A stretch of DNA of 63,948 nt, counting the filler, from Saprolegnia diclina VS20 (Eukaryota), in assembly GCF_000281045.1 (NCBI RefSeq). It is 4 parts of 2 records of this genome, joined end to end, with 100 filler letters (N's around TTAATTAATTAA, not from the genome) between each part and the next. Parts side by side here need not be neighbours in the genome. Positions count along the whole stretch, not along the records: positions 57,860 to 63,948 come from NW_008246089.1; 3 more parts are not named here. One strand, written 5' to 3'. Numbering within the stretch: the stretch's first letter is position 1; each line of letters opens with the position of its first letter. The translations under genes were made by a program, and so were the position numbers. Below, one piece after another: positions 58,292 to 63,948 of the stretch. Under the pieces are notes generated by a model, which saw nothing but the letters and a program-made list of their open reading frames with translations, was not told the origin of the DNA and made no database searches.

Positions 58292-59557
58292 TTAAAACGC
58301 AAGGATGTTTTGCGTGTCGCAGTTGTCGTTGGTGTAGCCCTTGAAGCACTGGCAAATGCCGNNNNNNNNNNNNNNNNNNNNNNNNNNNNNNNNNNNNNNN
58401 NNNNNNNNNNNNNNNNNNNNNNNNNNNNNNNNNNNNNNNNNNNNNNNNNNNNNNNNNNNNNNNNNNNNNNNNNNNNNNNNNNNNNNNNNNNNNNNNNNNN
58501 NNNNNNNNNNNNNNNNNNNNNNNNNNNNNNNNNNNNNNNNNNNNNNNNNNNNNNNNNNNNNNNNNNNNNNNNNNNNNNNNNNNNNNNNNNNNNNNNNNNN
58601 NNNNNNNNNNNNNNNNNNNNNNNNNNNNGGCCGCCACATCCGACCCGTCGGCAGACTTGCCCCCAAACTTGCGGTCGACCGTAATGAGCGCCGGCGTCCC
58701 CGTTACCGCAGGCACGATGGCCCGGACGTAGTAGATGGCGTTTTGGTAGAAGATCTTGCTGCCGACGACGGCGGTTGGCACTTGGGCGTCGGTCGCGCAC
58801 GAAAATGAATTGGAGCCGACCGTCCATGCTATGATCTTACACACGTCGGCCGTGACCGTGACGCCTGACGCGGTATACATTGTCGCTCCGCCCGCGATCG
58901 CCGTTGCCGTCGCTGCTGGCAGGGCCCACGCGTTCGTCAACGTCGACGCCGACGCCAACGCCGTCACAATCAAAAGCTGGTCCTTGATTTTGATCATCGA
59001 CGGGACAGTGATGCCGACGGTCGAGCCTGAGACCGTGATCGTCGTCGAGTCAGCCCCAGAGGTGTAGGTGTTGCTCAATGCCGTCGCACAATAGTCGACG
59101 CTCTCACCGCGGCGGATGTCGGCCGTCACGTAGGCGCGGGACGCTGTGGGGGCGGCGCCGCTGCTCGCAAACGCCGACGCGACAACCTCGGGCAAGCGAT
59201 GCGGGCCCGGGTTATCGGTGTATTGGCACGTCACGTAGAAGCCATCTTCAAGCGTCGTGTCCGGAACCGCGTCGATGACCTTCGACGTGCACGAGATACT
59301 CGAAATGGCCTTGTTGGGCAGCGCCTGGAACGCTTTGGTGAACGCAGCACCACCCAAGTTTGCCGTGTCACTCGAGACCGGGATCCGAGGCGTCAAGTAC
59401 GACTCGCCCTCATGGTCGAACACGCGCAGCTGGACCCACGACTTGGTCGAGTCGATCGTATCGGTGAAATCCGCCGCCACCAATGTGGCCATCGCGACGA
59501 TGTTGAACGTCTCGTAGATCGGGTACCCCGCGGCTTCGTACAGCGGGTCCACGCCCA
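58292..59557 (-). CDS. Tubular mastigoneme (flagellar hair) protein, partial (gaps)
   Basis: C-terminal EGF-like GICQCFKGYTNDNCDTQNILAF*, GVDPL motif and Thr/Ala-rich body, typical of the stramenopile Sig/Ocm mastigoneme family. 5' part lies in an N-gap. Confidence 0.8.
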
Positions 59558-60721
59558 NNNNNNNNNNNNNNNNNNNNNNNNNNNNNNNNNNNNNNNNNNN
59601 NNNNNNNNNNNNNNNNNNNNNNNNNNNNNNNNNNNNNNNNNNNNNNNNNNNNNNNNNNNNNNNNNNNNNNNNNNNNNNNNNNNNNNNNNNNNNNNNNNNN
59701 NNNNNNNNNNNNNNNNNNNNNNNNNNNNNNNNNNNNNNNNNNNNNNNNNNNNNNNNNNNNNNNNNNNNNNNNNNNNNNNNNNNNNNNNNNNNNNNNNNNN
59801 NNNNNNNNNNNNNNNNNNNNNNNNNNNNNNNNNNNNNNNNNNNNNNNNNNNNNNNNNNNNNNNNNNNNNNNNNNNNNNNNNNNNNNNNNNNNNNNNNNNN
59901 NNNNNNNNNNNNNNNNNNNNNNNNNNNNNNNNNNNNNNNNNNNNNNNNNNNNNNNNNNNNNNNNNNNNNNNNNNNNNNNNNNNNNNNNNNNNNNNNNNNN
60001 NNNNNNNNNNNNNNNNNNNNNNNNNNNNNNNNNNNNNNNNNNNNNNNNNNNNNNNNNNNNNNNNNNNNNNNNNNNNNNNNNNNNNNNNNNNNNNNNNNNN
60101 NNNNNNNNNNNNNNNNNNNNNNNNNNNNNNNNNNNNNNNNNNNNNNNNNNNNNNNNNNNNNNNNNNNNNNNNNNNNNNNNNNNGAGGAATGGTCCATGGT
60201 CGGCCACCGCTTCGGCGGAAGTTTCGATATCGAAGGCTCGTTTCAACTGCTTTGAACCGGCGCCACATCCGGATATGGGGCGTTGCATCCAACCTGGCGG
60301 TTAGAATGTATAAGAACTCGGTTGGACCTCTTAGCCGGTTGTAAGTCGACCATGTGTCGGAAGGTGTCGATACCAGGCTCCTTCTTGTTAATACTGGAGC
60401 GCTCCCACGGCTGGTATAAGAATAGGAGAGTTATGGTACTGAGACAGGCTTCTGCGCACAAGGGACTGTTGCCCGCGAAACCCCCGTCGGCAAAGTTTGT
60501 GGGTTTGACGATATAACGTGTAACCTTCGATAACCATTACCGCAACCGTTCGGTTCGCGACGGTTGATCTAGGTCGCAAAGATGCAGGTTTGTGACCTCG
60601 CGTCTCGTACGACCGAATAAAATACAAGTGACGATTTGCATATTTATGGCTTATTTCAATCGCATGGCTGTTGAATGATGACGCAATCCGCGCGAAGTGC
60701 CCGATTTGACTGCGAGTGGCC

Positions 60722-61264
60722 ATGACACAGGCAGCATGGGCACGGACCGCGCGGCTAGCGCTCGCCTGGATACCCGTCGGTATCACGTTCAACTCGCTCG
60801 TCATGAGCGTTGGCCGCGTCGAAGGCCGCTCGATGCAGCCGACGATGAATGCAGAAGACGGCGACCGTGAGATCGTCCTCCTCGACAAGTTCTCCGTTCA
60901 AGTCGCCCATCGGCTCGTGCGCGGTGACGTTGTCGTGCTAAAGTCGCCGAGCGAGCCTAGCGAGTATCTCACAAAGCGGCTTATCGCGCTCGAAGGCGAC
61001 TGGGTCGAAGGCCGCAGCGGTCGCCGCGTTGTTGTGCCGGCCGGCAAGTGCTGGGTTGAGGTACGGTGACGACATCGCGTTGTAGCCTTCTTACCTCGTG
61101 CTAACTCTATTGCGTAGGGCGACAATGCCGAGCTCAGCGACGACAGCAACTCGTTCGGATGCGTGCCCATGGCCCTCATCGAAGCGCGCGTCGCGGCCGT
61201 CGTCTGGCCTCTCCTCCACATCAAGCGCATCCGCAACGAGCATCCGCCGAACCGCATCTTATAA
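60722..61264 (+). CDS. IMP2: Mitochondrial inner membrane peptidase subunit 2 (S26), 2 exons
   Basis: VEGRSMQPT, RGDVVVLKSP, KRLIALEGD, VPAGKCWVE|GDN...SDDSNSFGCVP. Confidence 0.85.
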
Positions 61265-61532
61265 ACACACATACATGTATCCAAGTTCTTGTTGGCTGCT
61301 TGCTCTACACCGCGTAGCTGCCAAGCCGGACGTTTGGCTAAACAAGCATTCGACGGTAGAAACAACGAGGCGCCGAGTCTTGCGAGCTCAATGCGTTGCG
61401 CGTCGCGCGTCATCCATGCTGAGTCGACGCTCCTTGCGCGACGACGAGTGCGAGTCGGTCGAAGCTGGAAGATCGCCGGATCCGAGAGCATCCGGATATG
61501 ACATCCGCATACGCCGCACCACAGTCGAAAAC

Positions 61533-62108
61533 ATGGTGCGTCGCAAGGTGTCGTCGTCCGTGGACGTGCGCAAGACGGACCGCCGGTTCTCGGACTTTCC
61601 AGAGGGCGTCGCGATGCCGCCGAGCATGTCCTTCCTCGAGACGCAGCGCATCAACGCCATGCAGATGGAGATCTACGGCTTCGCCGGCTGGATCGCGTCC
61701 ATCGTCGTGTTCGGTTTGGCCAGCGTTACTTCTTATCGATCTCATCGTGGCGTAGCATGCTACCTTCTCTGGGCATACCTGCCCGACAGCGTCTTAAACC
61801 AGTATGGCATCTCGTACTACCCGTCGCGCTACTGGGCCGTCGCGCTGCCCGCGATGCTGTGCATGTCGATCTTCATGGTGCTCGTCATCTACGTGGCCAT
61901 CAACCTCCTCTCGACGGCGCCCTTGGACTCGTACAACACGATCCGCGGTAGTCTTACATGCTACGACTGACTATGGAAACTCATGGTGTCAACAGACAAG
62001 TACACGGTCACGATGGCCGACGAAGACATCCAGGCGCAGCGCTCGGTCAACACGCCGGCCTTTACCGACATCCCGCTTACGTCTATCAATCGCGTTCTCT
62101 TTAGCTAA
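61533..62108 (+). CDS. PIGP: GPI-GlcNAc transferase subunit P, 3 exons
   Basis: EIYGFAGW...YLLWAYLPD..L...GISYYPSRYWAVALP...PLDSYNTI.D...DIPLTSINRVLF. Confidence 0.92.
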
Positions 62109-62117
62109 CTCGAACAT

Positions 62118-63650
62118 CTATGCCGCCGTCAAGACGATCGTGCTGTAGTGTTTCTCGGTCGTTGCAGAGAGCTGCACCGCCGGGTACGTGGCCACGGTGG
62201 CCTCGACGACGGGGAGGAGCTCGCTCCACGTCACGAGCGTCGACGACTCGCCACCTAAACCTGCGCAGAGGCCCGCGACCTTCTTGCGCAGCGGCTCGGC
62301 CCACATGTCCTTGGCAGCAGCTAAGAACTTGTCGAGGTGCTTGCGCGGCAGCGGAATGTCGCCCGGCGCGTGCTCCGTGTGAGGGTCAATGCCATGAAAG
62401 TCCGAGCCGCCAAGCTACACAACAGTGTGAGATATGCAAGAGAGATGATCGAGGTCCACCTTGAGCAGCTTGGACTCGGTGGCGAGCGAGCCGTAGAGGT
62501 CAATCTTGGTCACGTCGTGGTACACCTCGACGCCCTACACAACACAGCGTTTCGCAACAGCATCTGTCTTAAGCATCTACGTTGATGCCTGCCGCGGCCA
62601 GCTTGGGCACGACGAGCAGCGGGTTTTTGCAGCACCACGGGTGGGCCAGCACTACGAAAGGTCGCTGTCAGAGGCACGGCACCAAGTTGCATCGCACCGG
62701 AGATGCCACCGGCTTCGGCAATCATCTTGATCGCAGCTACTCGGCACAATAATTTCACCATGCACCCAGTGCATATGCCATGAAGACTCACCTTCGGGCG
62801 GGAAATGCTCGCCCTACAATAGCGCATCAGGCGACAGAGCCGCACGTATTGCTTGGTGTTTACCTCGGCGTACGCGGGCCCGTCGTTGCCCAGGTAGCGC
62901 GAAAAGGCTTCGCGGAAGTGCGCCACGTGCCCCGCCTCGACGAGAGCCTCGGCCACGTGAGGGCGGCCCGGCGCGGCCTCGCCTGCAATTTCAAGGACGC
63001 GATTCCAGTCCAAGTGGATCCCCATCGCCGCCTGCACGCCGCATTAGTCGAGTGAGGCGAGTGTGCTACGCACGAGTTTGCGGAGCATTTCTTGGCCGCG
63101 CTTGTGGCGCGCTTGGCGGATCAGGAGGAGTTGCGCCTCGAGCTCTGCGCTCTCGGTACCCGGGCAAAAGTACCCGAGGATGTGCATGTTTTCAGCGCCC
63201 TTCTCTTCGGCGCTGATCTCGACGCCGGGCATCACGAAGACGCCGAGGTCGCGCGCCGTCGCCAACGCCTCGTCGACGCCGGCCATCGTGTCGTGGTCCG
63301 TCAAGGACATGTACTGGACGCCGTTGGCCGCGGCCTTGGCAATCACCTCGGCGGGGCGAAACTTGCCGTCGCTGCACGTGCTATTCGAATCAACTTGAGT
63401 CAAGTACATATACCTATGCGGGCTACTAGTACCTGTGCAGGTGAAAATCTCCGAGCGACATTTCTTCGTGGTTGGAAGGGAAGAGGTCGTGGGCGAGCAT
63501 GGAGGGAGACGGCGAGTCAGGATCATCGTCCGAGCCGGCAGCATGGCGAGCAAACTTACTCTGGTATGTCGGCTGGAGGTTCACGGGCTTGCGCTTCGAG
63601 CTCTTTGGCTTGCTCGACTTCTTCTTCTTGCTGCTGCTGCTCTGCACCAT
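62118..63650 (-). CDS. PHP-domain phosphoesterase (TrpH/YciV-like), many exons
   Basis: DFHLH..TCSDG, LTDHDT, GVEIS, HILGY, GRPHVA, LAHP, GGSDFHG. Confidence 0.9.
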
Positions 63651-63948
63651 GGCGGACGCGGGATGTTGATGACGGAAGAGATCGGACCAACCAATCGGTG
63701 ACGACCAATACGCGCCTTTTATACTCTTTTGGCCTCCCCCGGGTGGGGGGAGGGGCCCATCAGCCGACTTTGCACCTGGGACCTACCGAACCGACGTGGC
63801 ACATGGAGAGTCGATTCCTCATGTTTCTCTGCCCAAGCACATTCGTGATTTTATATAAGTCGCGTCTCGAGCTACTTCATCTGGCGTAGCTGCGTCTTGA
63901 TAGTGAACGACACTTGCATGGCTGTCGGCCGGTCGTCGGCAGCGAGCG

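Noticed and set aside
60543..60566. CAACCGT...ACGGTTG inverted repeat as a structured RNA
   Set aside because: Only a 7-bp stem, with no tRNA or snoRNA boxes. Compatible with chance.
1..63948. CRISPR arrays, prokaryotic operons/defence systems, rRNA/tRNA genes
   Set aside because: The sequence is intron-containing eukaryotic DNA. No repeat-spacer array, cloverleaf or rRNA signature was seen by eye.

Overview
Gene-dense eukaryotic nuclear DNA from a stramenopile, most likely a Saprolegniales oomycete (Saprolegnia/Achlya type). The assignment is inferred from a tubular mastigoneme gene, GC-rich codons, many ~40-55 nt GT-AG introns and oomycete-type gene families. It is a draft assembly with N-gaps and three artificial N44-TTAATTAATTAA-N44 linkers. 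About 29 protein-coding loci are supported. They include a ~4.2 kb inverted duplication (Hsp101/ClpB plus a membrane-anchored WrbA-like flavodoxin) bracketing ~19 kb, a head-to-head PPR-SMR / mitochondrial topoisomerase II pair, three tandem signal-anchored double-TRP14 thioredoxins and two tandem DEP-START-AGC kinases. Further along are an Amun-like HhH protein, an RNI-LRR protein, a membrane-anchored sedolisin, PLAC8, methionine synthase reductase, a probable TSET WD40 subunit, a PH-SnoaL-C2-MAPK-WW protein, an SDR epimerase, an OSR1/SPAK-like kinase, an AP2 transcription factor with a C-terminal membrane domain, two multi-TM-LRR proteins, a mastigoneme protein, IMP2, PIG-P and a PHP phosphoesterase. 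The best leads are two kinase types fused to hydrophobic ligand-pocket domains (START, SnoaL), a candidate membrane-tethered transcription factor, and a palindrome ATCCGGAT that recurs just upstream of many genes. No rRNA, tRNA, CRISPR array or intact transposon was recognised. Exon boundaries were read by eye and are approximate.
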